From an uncultured Acidobacteriota bacterium (lineage in GTDB: Bacteria > Acidobacteriota > Vicinamibacteria > Marinacidobacterales > SMYC01), in the NCBI GenBank assembly GCA_963820855.1, contig CAWGBY010000012.1:67963-131962 (forward strand): a stretch of DNA of 64,000 bases, written 5' to 3'. The notes beneath the pieces were generated by a model that was not told the DNA's origin, searched no databases, and was given only the letters and a program-made list of their open reading frames with translations. Position 1 is the first letter of the stretch. The number at the start of each line of letters is the position of its first letter. The position numbers and the translations under genes are program-made. This document shows, in pieces, positions 51,573 through 60,815 of this stretch.

Positions 51573-53068
51573 CCGAGCCGCCCGACGCCGGCCAGTGGCT
51601 CGGTTATCCGAAAGGCGCCTGGCTCATCGTCGGCGTCGAGTTCTGGGAGCGCTTCAGCTTCTACGGGATGCTCGCGCTCCTCGCGCTCTTCCTCACCGGA
51701 GACCCGGCGCGCGGTGCCTTCGGCTGGCCGGATGCGAAGGCCCTTTCGCTCGTAGGCCTCTATTCGGGCGCGATGTACGCGCTGCCCGCATTCGGCGGAC
51801 ACATCGCGGACCGCTTCCTCGGGCGCCGGCGCGCCGTCGCGTTCGGCGCCGCGTTGATGCTGGCGGGGCATGTCCTGATGGCATCTCCAGCATTCATCCC
51901 GGAGATCCTGAGCGCCTGGCGCGGAGTGCCGCTCGCGGAGGCGCTGCGCGGGCTCGGCGCACCGCTCGGCTACTTGCTGCAGACGGAGGCGATCGAGACC
52001 GCGATTCACGAGCGCGGCGCGCTTCTCGGAGTCGAGCGGGGCGCGTCGTGGCTGTCGCAGGCCTACATCGGTGCGGCGCTCGGCTTCTACGCCGCTATCT
52101 CCTGTCTCGTTCTCGGAAACGCGCTGATGAAATCGACGATGGTCGTGCTCTGCGGCGACACCTTCGCCCAGGCGGATTCGCGCCGGGAGGGCGCGTACGC
52201 CTACTACTACCTGGGGATCGCCCTCGGAGCGCTCCTCTCGGGTATCGTCGTTGGCACCGTCGCGGAAGCGTTCGGCTGGCACTACGGATTCACCGTCGCC
52301 GCTTTCGGGATGGCGATCGCCCTCACTTCGTACCTTCTCCTCGGGCGCCGGTGGCTTGGTGATATCGGCGTTCGCCCGCTTCGGAAAGTCCCGGTCGAGC
52401 AAGCGGAAAGCCATCGAGTCTGGACGAGGCTCTCCCTGATCCTCCTCCTCGCGATCCTCCTGTGCGTATTCAGCACCGGCTGGTTTCAGATGTACGGAAG
52501 CTGGTCGCTCTTCATCGAGCGCTTCGTCGACCGTTCGGTCTTCGGGTTCTCGATTCCCGTGCCATGGTTCGCGTCGTTGAACGCGGGAGTGGTGATCCTG
52601 ATGGCCCCGCTGGTCGCGGCTCTGTGGGTGCGTCTGGGCGAGCGGAACCGGTCCCTCGACATCGTGCAAAAGTACGCGTTCGCGCTGGCGACGGTCGCCG
52701 TCGGGCACGTCATGATGTACTGGTGCGCGATACGCGCCGGAGACGACGGCAAGGCTTCGGTCGCGATTCCACTTCTCGCGGTCGCGCTCATCGCGATCGG
52801 AGAGCTGGTGGCCTGGACCTCGACCTACGGCATCGTGTATCGGGCCGCGCCCGCCGGTTTCGTTTCGGCGACCATGGGCGCGTGGTACCTCTTGACGCTC
52901 GGTATCGGGGGATATCTCTCGGGCGTGACCGGGCGTTTCGTCGACTCGCTCGGGTATCGCGGGACCTTCGTCACGCTCGCGGCCATCATGGGCGCCTTCG
53001 CGATCGCATCTTTGCTGGCCCGGCGTCCCTTGACCCGTCTCGCCGGGAGAGCCGAGGTTACTCTGTAG
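51569..53068 (+). CDS. POT/PTR2 family proton-dependent di/tripeptide transporter
   Basis: ATG 51569 (ATGA overlap with the amidohydrolase stop). PTR2 signature region ..GVEFWERFSFYGMLALLALFL..GGHIADRFLGRRRAVAFGAALMLAGHVLM... Confidence 0.85.
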   Translation: MTEPPDAGQWLGYPKGAWLIVGVEFWERFSFYGMLALLALFLTGDPARGAFGWPDAKALSLVGLYSGAMYALPAFGGHIADRFLGRRRAVAFGAALMLAGHVLMASPAFIPEILSAWRGVPLAEALRGLGAPLGYLLQTEAIETAIHERGALLGVERGASWLSQAYIGAALGFYAAISCLVLGNALMKSTMVVLCGDTFAQADSRREGAYAYYYLGIALGALLSGIVVGTVAEAFGWHYGFTVAAFGMAIALTSYLLLGRRWLGDIGVRPLRKVPVEQAESHRVWTRLSLILLLAILLCVFSTGWFQMYGSWSLFIERFVDRSVFGFSIPVPWFASLNAGVVILMAPLVAALWVRLGERNRSLDIVQKYAFALATVAVGHVMMYWCAIRAGDDGKASVAIPLLAVALIAIGELVAWTSTYGIVYRAAPAGFVSATMGAWYLLTLGIGGYLSGVTGRFVDSLGYRGTFVTLAAIMGAFAIASLLARRPLTRLAGRAEVTL

Positions 53069-53781
53069 GCGGTTGGATGTCGGGGAAGAGCGAGCTCCAC
53101 GCGTCGGCGGCGGTAGCGGCTCCAATCGCGATCGTCGCGAGACCGACCGCTGGCGTGGAGCCAGCCGTGGAATCGCGTCAACCCCGCGAGAGAGAACCGG
53201 AGCGGAACGGCGATCGCGAGCGAGAGCATCGCCATCCCGAGGATCGAGCCCAGCCCGAAAAAAAAGATATAGAAGAGCCCGGCGAGCGGACTTGGCGCGG
53301 CCGAAAGCGTCAGAACGATGAGGGCCGCCGAGCCGGCCATTCCGTGCATCAGACCGATGGCGAGCGCGCGCCAGGGCACGCCGCGGGTGTGGGGGTGACG
53401 ATGTTCGGCGTGAGCCGGTTCGCCGCGGTGAGAGTGCCCATGGAAGTGTCGGACGCCTTCCGTGTGATCGTGAACGTGGAAATGCACGCGGTCGCGGACG
53501 AGTCGGCGCAGCACGTCGGCTCCGAGCCCTATGAGCATCAAGCCCACCGCGAGCTCTAGACCGGAGACGAGACCTTCGGGCAAAACGCCGTCCACGAGCA
53601 GGACCAGCGAGCCGAAGAGGAAGAGGGTGAGCGTATGCCCCACTCCCCAGAAGACGCCCTGCTTCACGACCTCGGCGGGACTCCGCGTTCGGGTAGCGAG
53701 GCTCGAGACCGCGGCGATGTGATCCGCTTCGAGGGCGTGGCGCATCCCGATGAGAAATCCCAGGGCCAACAAACCGAACAT
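53058..53781 (-). CDS. NiCoT/UreH-like nickel/cobalt transporter-type membrane protein with a His-rich loop; frame-broken once
   Basis: GAGGGA precedes ATG 53781. MFGLLALGFLIGMRHALEADHIAAV (HX4DH-type signature). Loop HFHVHDHTEGVRHFHGHSHRGEPAHAEHRHPH. The join is ..FHGWLHAS | VGLATIAIGAATAADAWSSLF..* with the break at ~53150. The 3' end overlaps the convergent POT gene by 11 nt. Confidence 0.65.
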
Positions 53782-53856
53782 GGACCGGTCCCTCGATGTG
53801 ACCGCCGCCACCGTAGCACAGAAGAGCGCGCCGCGCTTCCTGAAGCGGGCGAGAGC

Positions 53857-54210
53857 TCAGTCCTCCTCCACCGCCGCCTTCAATCGCTGCAGCGCTTCGT
53901 CCCACCGCTCGGCGATCTTCTCGAGGGAGCGGCGCGCTTCATCGAGCGGAGCCCGCTCGAGCCGCCAGAGCCGCTCCCGTCCCCGGCGGACGCCGCGCGC
54001 GAGCCCCACCTCCGCCAGCACGCGAAGGTGCTTCGCGATCGCCTGTCGCGTGACCTCCGAACCGTCGGTGAGCCGCGCGATGGACAGCGGGCCCTCGGCT
54101 CCCAGACGGGCGACCAGGCGAAGGCGTGTCTGGTCACCCAGGGCCGCGAAGACCGTCGCCGACTGCGCGAGGGCCGTGGAACGGCGCCGACTTCCGCTAC
54201 CCGGCCACAT
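53857..54210 (-). CDS. ArsR/SmtB family transcriptional regulator
   Basis: 117 aa: ..VFAALGDQTRLRLVARLGAEGPLSIARLTDGSEVTRQAIAKHLRVLAEVGL.. is a winged-helix HTH. Confidence 0.85.
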   Translation of the reverse strand: MWPGSGSRRRSTALAQSATVFAALGDQTRLRLVARLGAEGPLSIARLTDGSEVTRQAIAKHLRVLAEVGLARGVRRGRERLWRLERAPLDEARRSLEKIAERWDEALQRLKAAVEED

Positions 54211-54661
54211 ATTTCGCGATGTTCCGGACCTGCTCCTCCCAGCCGCCCGAGTTCATGCGGAACGCCTCCGCTCGCCGCGCGAGCGGAATCTGGTCGAAGC
54301 CTGATTCGGTGATCTTGAGGCGCGTCCCCTCGGGGTCGTCTTGAAGCTCGAACACCACGAGGGTGGTCGGCTCTTTCGAGTAGTCCTGCTTCGGATCGAC
54401 CGCGTACGGGTGCCACCGGAAAGAGAACAGTTCCTCCCGATCCATGCGCTCGACGAGGATCTCGAAAGTCAGATGCTCGTATCCCGGATATGTAATGCGT
54501 CCGCGCGCGGGAGCACCGGGCCGGAACTCATCCTTGAACTCCGCCCGAAACCACTCTCCGAACTCCTTCGCGTTCGTGATCGCCTTCCACACCCGGGAGC
54601 GGGGCGCCTTCAGTACGATCTCCTTCTCGATGCGGTCCGTGCTGGTCTGCGCCATAAGCAA
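54197..54661 (-). CDS. SRPBCC-superfamily (Aha1-domain) protein, co-operonic with ArsR
   Basis: 154 aa: ..IEKEIVLKAPRSRVWKAITNAKEFGEWF..GWEEQVRNIAKYV... Its 3' end overlaps the ArsR start by 14 nt. Confidence 0.7.
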   Translation of the reverse strand: MLMAQTSTDRIEKEIVLKAPRSRVWKAITNAKEFGEWFRAEFKDEFRPGAPARGRITYPGYEHLTFEILVERMDREELFSFRWHPYAVDPKQDYSKEPTTLVVFELQDDPEGTRLKITESGFDQIPLARRAEAFRMNSGGWEEQVRNIAKYVAG

Positions 54662-54773
54662 CCTCCGAGTTGCATATTAGTCCGCAGCGCCCAAGAGCGC
54701 AACCATTCTTTAGCGACCCGCTCGACTTCGAGGAAGCTCTCCGGTATGGTCCTTCGCGTTCGGAGGAGTTTCC

Positions 54774-55379
54774 ATGAACCGGCGTCAGGCCCTGAAATCT
54801 ATCGGCGTCGCTGCGGCACTTCCGCTCTCGCCGAGCGAGCTCTCTCTCATCGGTCGCGCGACCCACGCTCACCTGCAAGCGGAGGGCGGCGAAGGCCGCT
54901 ACGTATTTCAATGCCTCGACTCCGAAGAGAGCGAGATTCTGTCGGCGGCGAGCGAGCTCATTCTTCCCGAGACGGACACTCCCGGAGCGCGCTCGGCGAA
55001 GGTGCCGGAGTTCATCGACGCCGTCCTCATCGGCTGGTTCCAGGACGTCGAGCGCCGGCACTTTTTGAGAGGCCTTCACGATCTGGACGCGAGGGCCAGG
55101 TCGTCCGAGGGCGTCGGGTTTTTGGCGTGCGAAAGTTCGGCGCAGATTCGGATACTTCAGGAGATGGAGCGCGAGGCCTTCGCATCCTCGGGCGCTCGAA
55201 GCCCCAAAAGGCTCGCCCGGCGGGCAGCGCAGTCCGCACCGGGAGCGCCGTTCTTCTCCGTCCTCAAGTGGCTCACGCTCTTCGGCTATTTCACTTCCGA
55301 AGCCGGGATGGCGCAGGAGCTCGAGTACGTCGAATTCCCGGGAAGCTACGACGGCTGCGCCCCTCTTCGAGGCAGGTGA
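54774..55379 (+). CDS. Gluconate 2-dehydrogenase subunit 3-like small subunit with a Tat-type signal
   Basis: MNRRQALKSIGVAAALPLS..LILPETDTPGA..VLKWLTLFGYFTSEAG... It lies immediately upstream of the GMC oxidoreductase. Confidence 0.7.
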   Translation: MNRRQALKSIGVAAALPLSPSELSLIGRATHAHLQAEGGEGRYVFQCLDSEESEILSAASELILPETDTPGARSAKVPEFIDAVLIGWFQDVERRHFLRGLHDLDARARSSEGVGFLACESSAQIRILQEMEREAFASSGARSPKRLARRAAQSAPGAPFFSVLKWLTLFGYFTSEAGMAQELEYVEFPGSYDGCAPLRGR

Positions 55380-55383
55380 GTCC

Positions 55384-57082
55384 ATGGCGGCGATCGTCCA
55401 GAAGAAAATCTACGATGCGGTCGTGATCGGCTCCGGGATCACCGGAGGCTACGCGGCGATGGAGCTCACGAAGAAGGGACTCGAGACGCTGGTCCTCGAA
55501 GCGGGCCGTCCCATCTCTCCCGAGCGCGACTATGTGGAGCACGTTCCCCCGTGGCAGATGCGGTTTCGCGGGCTCGGCGATCGGGCAGCTCTCCTGCAGG
55601 ACCAGCCGGTTCAAAGGAAGTGCTACGCCTGCGACGAGTGGTCGAGCAAGTTCTTCGTGAACGATCGCGAGAACCCCTACACGCACGACGCCGACAAACC
55701 GTTCGCATGGATCCGGGGCCGTCAGGTCGGCGGGCGCTCCATCATGTGGGGCCGCCACACCTACCGGTGGAGCGACCTCGACTTCGAAGCCAACCTGAGG
55801 GACGGCCTCGCCGTCGACTGGCCGCTTCGCTATGAAGATGTTGCGCCCTGGTACGACTACGTCGAGGACTTCGTCGGCATCACCGGGCGGGAGGAGGGGC
55901 TGCCGCAGCTTCCCGACGGGAAGTTCCTTCCGCCGATGGAGTTCAACTGCGCCGAGAACGTGGTGCGGGAGGCCCTTTCCCGGAGCTTCGGAGGGGACCG
56001 GGTGCTCACCATGGGCCGGGTCGCGATGCTCACTCGCGAGCACCGGGGCCGCGCCGCCTGCCACTATTGCGGGCCCTGTGAACGGGGTTGCATCACCCGC
56101 TCGTACTTCAGCAGCCTGAACGCGACGCTTCCGGAAGCCCAGGCGACGGGACGCCTTACCCTCAGGCCCCATAGCGTCGTCGAAAGCCTCCTCTACGACG
56201 GAGGAAGGAACCGCGTCGCCTCAGTCCGGGTCATCGACGCGAAGACCCATGAATCGTTCGAAGTCGAAGGACGGGTCGTTTTTCTCTGCGCCTCGGCTCT
56301 CGAGTCCGCCCGAATCCTCTTGAACTCGAAGAGCTCCCACTTTCCCGACGGCCTCGCGAACTCGAGCGGGGAGCTGGGAAGGAACCTCATGGATCACGTC
56401 ATGGGCTGGGGCGCCGAAGGCCGGATCCCCGGAAACGAAGACCGTGTTCCCTGGGGCCGCCGCAACCCCGGAATCTACGTGCCGCGGTTCCGGAACGTGA
56501 AGTCGAAGCACGAGGGTTTCCTTCGCGGCTACGGGTTTCAAGGCTCCGGATTCCGCGAGCGCTGGGAGCAGGGTCTCGATACTCCCGGCTTCGGCGCGGA
56601 CTTCAAGCACTCGCTCCGCAAGTGGGGGCCCTGGCGCTTCTCGTTCTACGGCTTCGGCGAATGCCTCCCCAACCCGCGCGAACCATGTGACGCTCGATCC
56701 GGAGGTGCGCGATCGCTGGGGAATTCCAGCGCTCAAGATCCATATGCAGTGGGGGGAGAACGAACGGGCGCTCTTGAAGGACATGGCGGTCACCGCGGCC
56801 GAAATGCTCGACGCGGCAGGCGCGAAGGATATCGAGCTCACTCAGGAGGACAATCCTCCGGGTCTCACCATCCACGAGATGGGAACAGCGCGCATGGGGA
56901 AAGATCCCAGGTCGTCGGTACTGAACGCCTTCAACCAGGCCCACGACGTTCCGAACCTGTTCGTCACCGACGGATCGGCCATGACCTCCTCCTCCTGCGT
57001 GAACCCGTCGATCACCTACATGATGCTGACCGCTCGCGCGTGCGACTACGCGGTGAAGGAGATGGAGCAGGCGAAGATCTGA
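55384..57082 (+). CDS. GMC family FAD-dependent oxidoreductase; frame-broken once
   Basis: ..YDAVVIGSGITGGYAAMELTKKGLETLVLEAG..GGRSIMWG..ECLPNPR | (N)HVTLDPEVRDRWGIPALKIH..IHEMGTARMG..NLFVTDGSAMTSS... The break is at ~56680. Confidence 0.85.
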
Positions 57083-57088
57083 GTCTCC

Positions 57089-57781
57089 TCAAGACTCGCG
57101 AAACCGGTAGCCCACCCAGGGCTCTGTCATCACGTACTTCGGATGTCCTGGGTCGGGCTCGATTTTCTTCCGGAGGGAAGCCATCAGCACGCGAAGGTAC
57201 TGCGGCTCGGAAACGGCGTGGGGGCCCCAGACGGCCTTCAGAATCGTCCGGTGGGTCAGGACTTTCCCCGGATGCCGCGCGAGAAAGGCCAGGAGCTCGA
57301 ACTCCTTGGGTGTGAGCCGTATCTCCTCATCGCCTCGGATCACGCGGTGGCGCTCGAAGTCGATGGTCAAGTCGGAACGGACGAGAGTACCCGTCTCTTC
57401 CTCGTTCGTCCCCTGCGCTCGCCTCAGGCAAGCGCGCACGCGCGCGAGAAGCTCGTCGGGGCCGAACGGCTTGGTCACGTAGTCGTCAGCGCCGAGATCG
57501 AGCGCCGATACTTTGTCCCTTTCGGAGCCGCGGGCCGAAAGCACGAGGATCGGGAGGGCCGACCGCTCGCGCACCCGCCGGCAAACCTCGAGTCCATCGA
57601 TGTCCGGAAGCCCCAGATCCAGGATCAGTAGATCGGGAGGATCGGCCGCCACTTCCCGGAGAGCCTCCGTACCGCTGACGACGCTCCGCACTTCGTAGCC
57701 GCGCGACCGCAGGAGCGGCGTCACGGCTCTGAGGATCGGAAGCTCGTCGTCCACGATCAGGATGCGCGCTTCCCGGTTCAC
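57089..57781 (-). CDS. kdpE: OmpR-family response regulator, KdpE-like
   Basis: GTG 57781 (GTGA overlap with the kinase stop). Receiver domain ..ARILIVDDE..LLILDLGLPDIDG... Winged helix ..LTPKEFELLAFLARHPGKVLTHRTILKAVWGP..YLRVLMASLRKKIEPDP..TEPWVGYRF. Confidence 0.85.
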   Translation of the reverse strand: MNREARILIVDDELPILRAVTPLLRSRGYEVRSVVSGTEALREVAADPPDLLILDLGLPDIDGLEVCRRVRERSALPILVLSARGSERDKVSALDLGADDYVTKPFGPDELLARVRACLRRAQGTNEEETGTLVRSDLTIDFERHRVIRGDEEIRLTPKEFELLAFLARHPGKVLTHRTILKAVWGPHAVSEPQYLRVLMASLRKKIEPDPGHPKYVMTEPWVGYRFRES

Positions 57782-59306
57782 GATCCCCCCCCCGGTGCGA
57801 GGGCGATGGCGCGGCTCCGGGCCGGGACCAGCATCGTGAAGCATGCCCCGTCGGGGGGCGAGTTCTCGGCCCAGACCCTTCCCCCTTCGGCGGCGAGAAG
57901 CCCGCGGGTAATCGAGAGGCCGAGCCCCACGCCGAGGGCGTGCCGCGACGAGCCCGCGCCTCGATAGAACGGGTCGAAAAGGCGCTCCAGGTCGGCAGGG
58001 TCCAGCCCCGGTCCCCTGTCGAGAACGCTCACGTTCAGCCCCTCGTCGTCGACCCAGGCGCGCACGCGGATGAGGGAACCTTCGGCAGAGTGCTGCGCGG
58101 CGTTCTCGAGGACGTGGGCGAGCGCCCCCGACGTGAGCCGCGGATCGACCTGGACTTCACGCTCGGAATCGGCATCGACCTCGACAAGGTGATGGGAGAG
58201 ACCCTGGGCCACGAGCGCGACCGCCGCGTCGACGACGTCGGCGGCGAGCACCCATTCGCGCTCCGGCGAGATTCCGGCGTCCACCTGCGCCATCTCGAGA
58301 ATGAACTGGAAGAGACGCCTCAGGCGGTGGACTTCCCGCTGGGCGACGTCGGCCTGCCCCGCATGCTCTTCCTTCGAGATCTCCGGGTCGACGAGATTGG
58401 AAATCGCGACCTGGATGGCGGTCAGCGGCGTCCTCAAGTCATGGCTGAAAGACGCCAGAACGGCGGAAGCGAGCTCCGCGCGCTGCCTCTCCAGATCGGC
58501 TTTCTTCCGGTCCTCGAGGAAATGCGCCCTTTCGACGGCGACCGCGGCGAGGCCCGCGACCGCGTCGAGCGTCCCGGGTTCGACCCCGCGTCCCGCCGCG
58601 CTCAAGAGGCCGATCGCGCGCGTTCCAATCCGGAGCGGCACGATCTGCTCGACGACGCCGTCCGGCCCTTCCCGCTGTCTGATGACCTCCGTAGGTCCGG
58701 AGATGAGCATCGAACTCGATGGCACCCCCCGCCATCGCCAGTATGCGATCCAACTCCTTCTCTTCGAGCGCGCTCGGACGCACTCCGCCCTCGTGTCGCT
58801 CCCAGCCTTTCTCCCGCGGGAGGAAGAGCGCCAGCGTATCGAGCTCGAACCGCCGAGCGGCGTGCCGTGCGAGCGACGGGAGCGCCGAGGCGCTTTCGGT
58901 GGTGAGAAGGATATCGCGGCTCAGGTCGAACAACCGCGTCACCTCGTCGCGGCGCGAGATCGCTTCCTTCGCGCGCGCTCGCGCCACCGACGAAAGATTG
59001 CTCGCGACGACGGCGACGACGAGGAAAGACCAGGAGCGCTACCCAGTTCTGCGGATCGTTGATGGTGAAGGTCCCGACGGGTGGAAGGAAGAAGAAGTTG
59101 AACGCTCCGGTCGCGACGACCGCGGTGGTCACGGCAACCCAGAGTCGGCCGCGCGTGGCCACGATCAGGATCACCAGCAGAAACGAGAGCGACACCGTGG
59201 CCGCGTTCTCGCTCGGAAGCCATTTCCGGTAGACGAACACGACGAAAGCTATGCCCGCGTTCGCGAGCAGCAGATCGAAGAGGTCCCGGAGCCTTCCGGC
59301 CGCCAT
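57778..59306 (-). CDS. Sensor histidine kinase, KdpD C-terminal type (DUF4118 TM region + GAF + HisKA + HATPase), lacking the N-terminal KdpD/Usp module; two frame breaks
   Basis: MAAGRLRDLFDLLLANAGIAFVV..NWVALLVF | LVVAVVASNLSSVARARAKEAISRRDE..GGAIEFD | LISGPTEVIRQ..SFSHDLRTPLTAI..DRGPGL..GLGLSITRGLL... Breaks are at ~59025 and ~58715. Confidence 0.8.
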
Positions 59307-59318
59307 GACGTGTGGCGG

Positions 59319-59781
59319 CTATTCTATCCCCGCGCGAAACAACTTCGACATCAGGTCGTCGGTCGTGGTCTTCGAAGCCTCTCTTCCGGTACAGCTCCGC
59401 CGCGGGGAAGTTGTCCTTTTCGACCTCGAGATGGAGTGCTTCGACCGCAAGCTCCCGGCACGCTTCGTCCATGGTCTCGAGCGCTCGCCGACCGAGACCG
59501 CGGCCGCGATAGGCCGGCGCGACGAAGAGCTCGTCCACGAAAGCATCCCTCCCGCCATACTCGAGACTCCAGCCGAGCGTGAGAACGAAGTAGCCGACGG
59601 CAGCGTCGCCGTCGCGGTAGACCCACGCTCGACCGAGCGCGGGATCGGCGAGAAACGGCTCGAGGGCCCCGCGAGCCTTCTCGCGATCGAAAGGATAGCT
59701 CTCTCCGGCGTAGAACTGCTCCATCAAGTCGAGCACGGTCTCGCAGTCGCCGGGCCCCGCGAGCTCGACATCGATCGTCAT
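59319..59781 (-). CDS. GNAT family N-acetyltransferase; frame-broken near the 3' end
   Basis: ATG 59781 (ATGA overlap with the upstream stop). ..VGYFVLTLGWSLEYGGRDAFVDELFVAPAYRGRGLGRRALE..LHLEVEKDNFPAAELYRKRGFEDHDRR | LMSKLFRAGIE*. The break is at ~59350. Confidence 0.75.
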
Positions 59782-60815
59782 TTCACGCTCGCCACATCCG
59801 CCCATACGCCCGCGTGCGAAGAGCGGAGCGCCGCGCCCGCCGGGAGCAGGATCGGCTTCCCGGAAGAAATACTTCTCTCGAAAGACGAAATCGAACCGGT
59901 CGATCGAGAGGAGGAGCCGACTCGTTCCATCGGGCGAGACGGCTTCGACCCGAAGGGGACGCTCGTCTCCTTGCGACGGATAGAGGGCAATCAGCCGGAG
60001 CGGAGCCGCTACCGGAAGCAAATGGTTCTCGATCGGAACGGAACGGATCGCCGCCGCGTCCTTCTCGAACCAGAGAGCGAGGGCCGTTCGATCCGTCAGC
60101 CTCTTTCCTTCCTGGCCCCAGCCCTTCACGTAGTAGAGCTCGATCGCGAGGCTCGACGACGCCAGGAGCTCGCGGCCCACTCCCTCGGGGAACGCGACCC
60201 GACCACGATCCGGAAGCCAGGTGGCGAGAGGTTCGGCTTTCGAACAGGAATCACCGACGAGTATCGTTGCCCGGCGGAGGGTGGATGGAGTGCCCGGCAA
60301 CACCTCGAGGGCGGCCACCACCCGTCGAGTGGGAAAGCCCGGTTCCCAGCACGAGACAAGCCGTCGTTTCCGAAGAGCCTTCTTCGAGAACGACCGCCTC
60401 CGCCCGAAGCACGAGATCGGGCTCGCGAGACGGCGCCGGGCGATCGGGAGTCACCCGGCGCGGGCGATTCGCCTTCGGGAGTGGCCCCCCCCGCCCAGTC
60501 GACCAGCATGTCGAGCTCCTTCGCGGTCAGCCTCCGTGCATCCCGGAAGGGTCCGCCTTCGTCTCCGGGAAGAAACGGCGGCATCCGGCTCTCGAGAAGC
60601 GACAGCTTGATCGCATTCGCCCACGGCACCGCTTCCTGGTAGTCGAGAAGCGACATGGGCGCGACGCCGCCCGCGCGATGACATCCGCCGCAGTGCTCGA
60701 GGAAGATCGGCCGGGCGTGCTCTCCAAAGTTGAAGCGGGAGAGCGTCGGCTCGTGGGCCTCCGTCGCCGCGGACGTCCCGATGAAAAGGACAACGAGCGC
60801 GACTCTAGTTCGCAT
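59778..60815 (-). CDS. Secreted protein with an N-terminal CxxCH (haem-c-type) motif region and a C-terminal domain resembling copper type II ascorbate-dependent monooxygenase C-domains; three frame breaks
   Basis: ATG 60815: MRTRVALVVLFIGTSAATEA..IFLEHCGGCHRAGGVAPMSLLDYQEAVPWANAIKLSLLESRMPPF..LTAKELDMLVDWAGGATPEG.. | ..PDLVLRAEAVVLEE..TTACLVLGTG | ..LEVLPGTPSTLRRATILVG..SLAIELYYVKGWG..DRFDFVFREKYFFRE | PILLPAGAALRS..*. Breaks are at ~60460, ~60300 and ~59870. Confidence 0.55.

Noticed and set aside
57089-59306. A classical KdpD/KdpE potassium-sensing system
   Set aside because: The kinase starts directly with the DUF4118 membrane region and lacks the N-terminal KdpD/Usp sensor domains. No kdpFABC genes are in the window. 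The functional label is therefore restricted to 'KdpD C-terminal type'.
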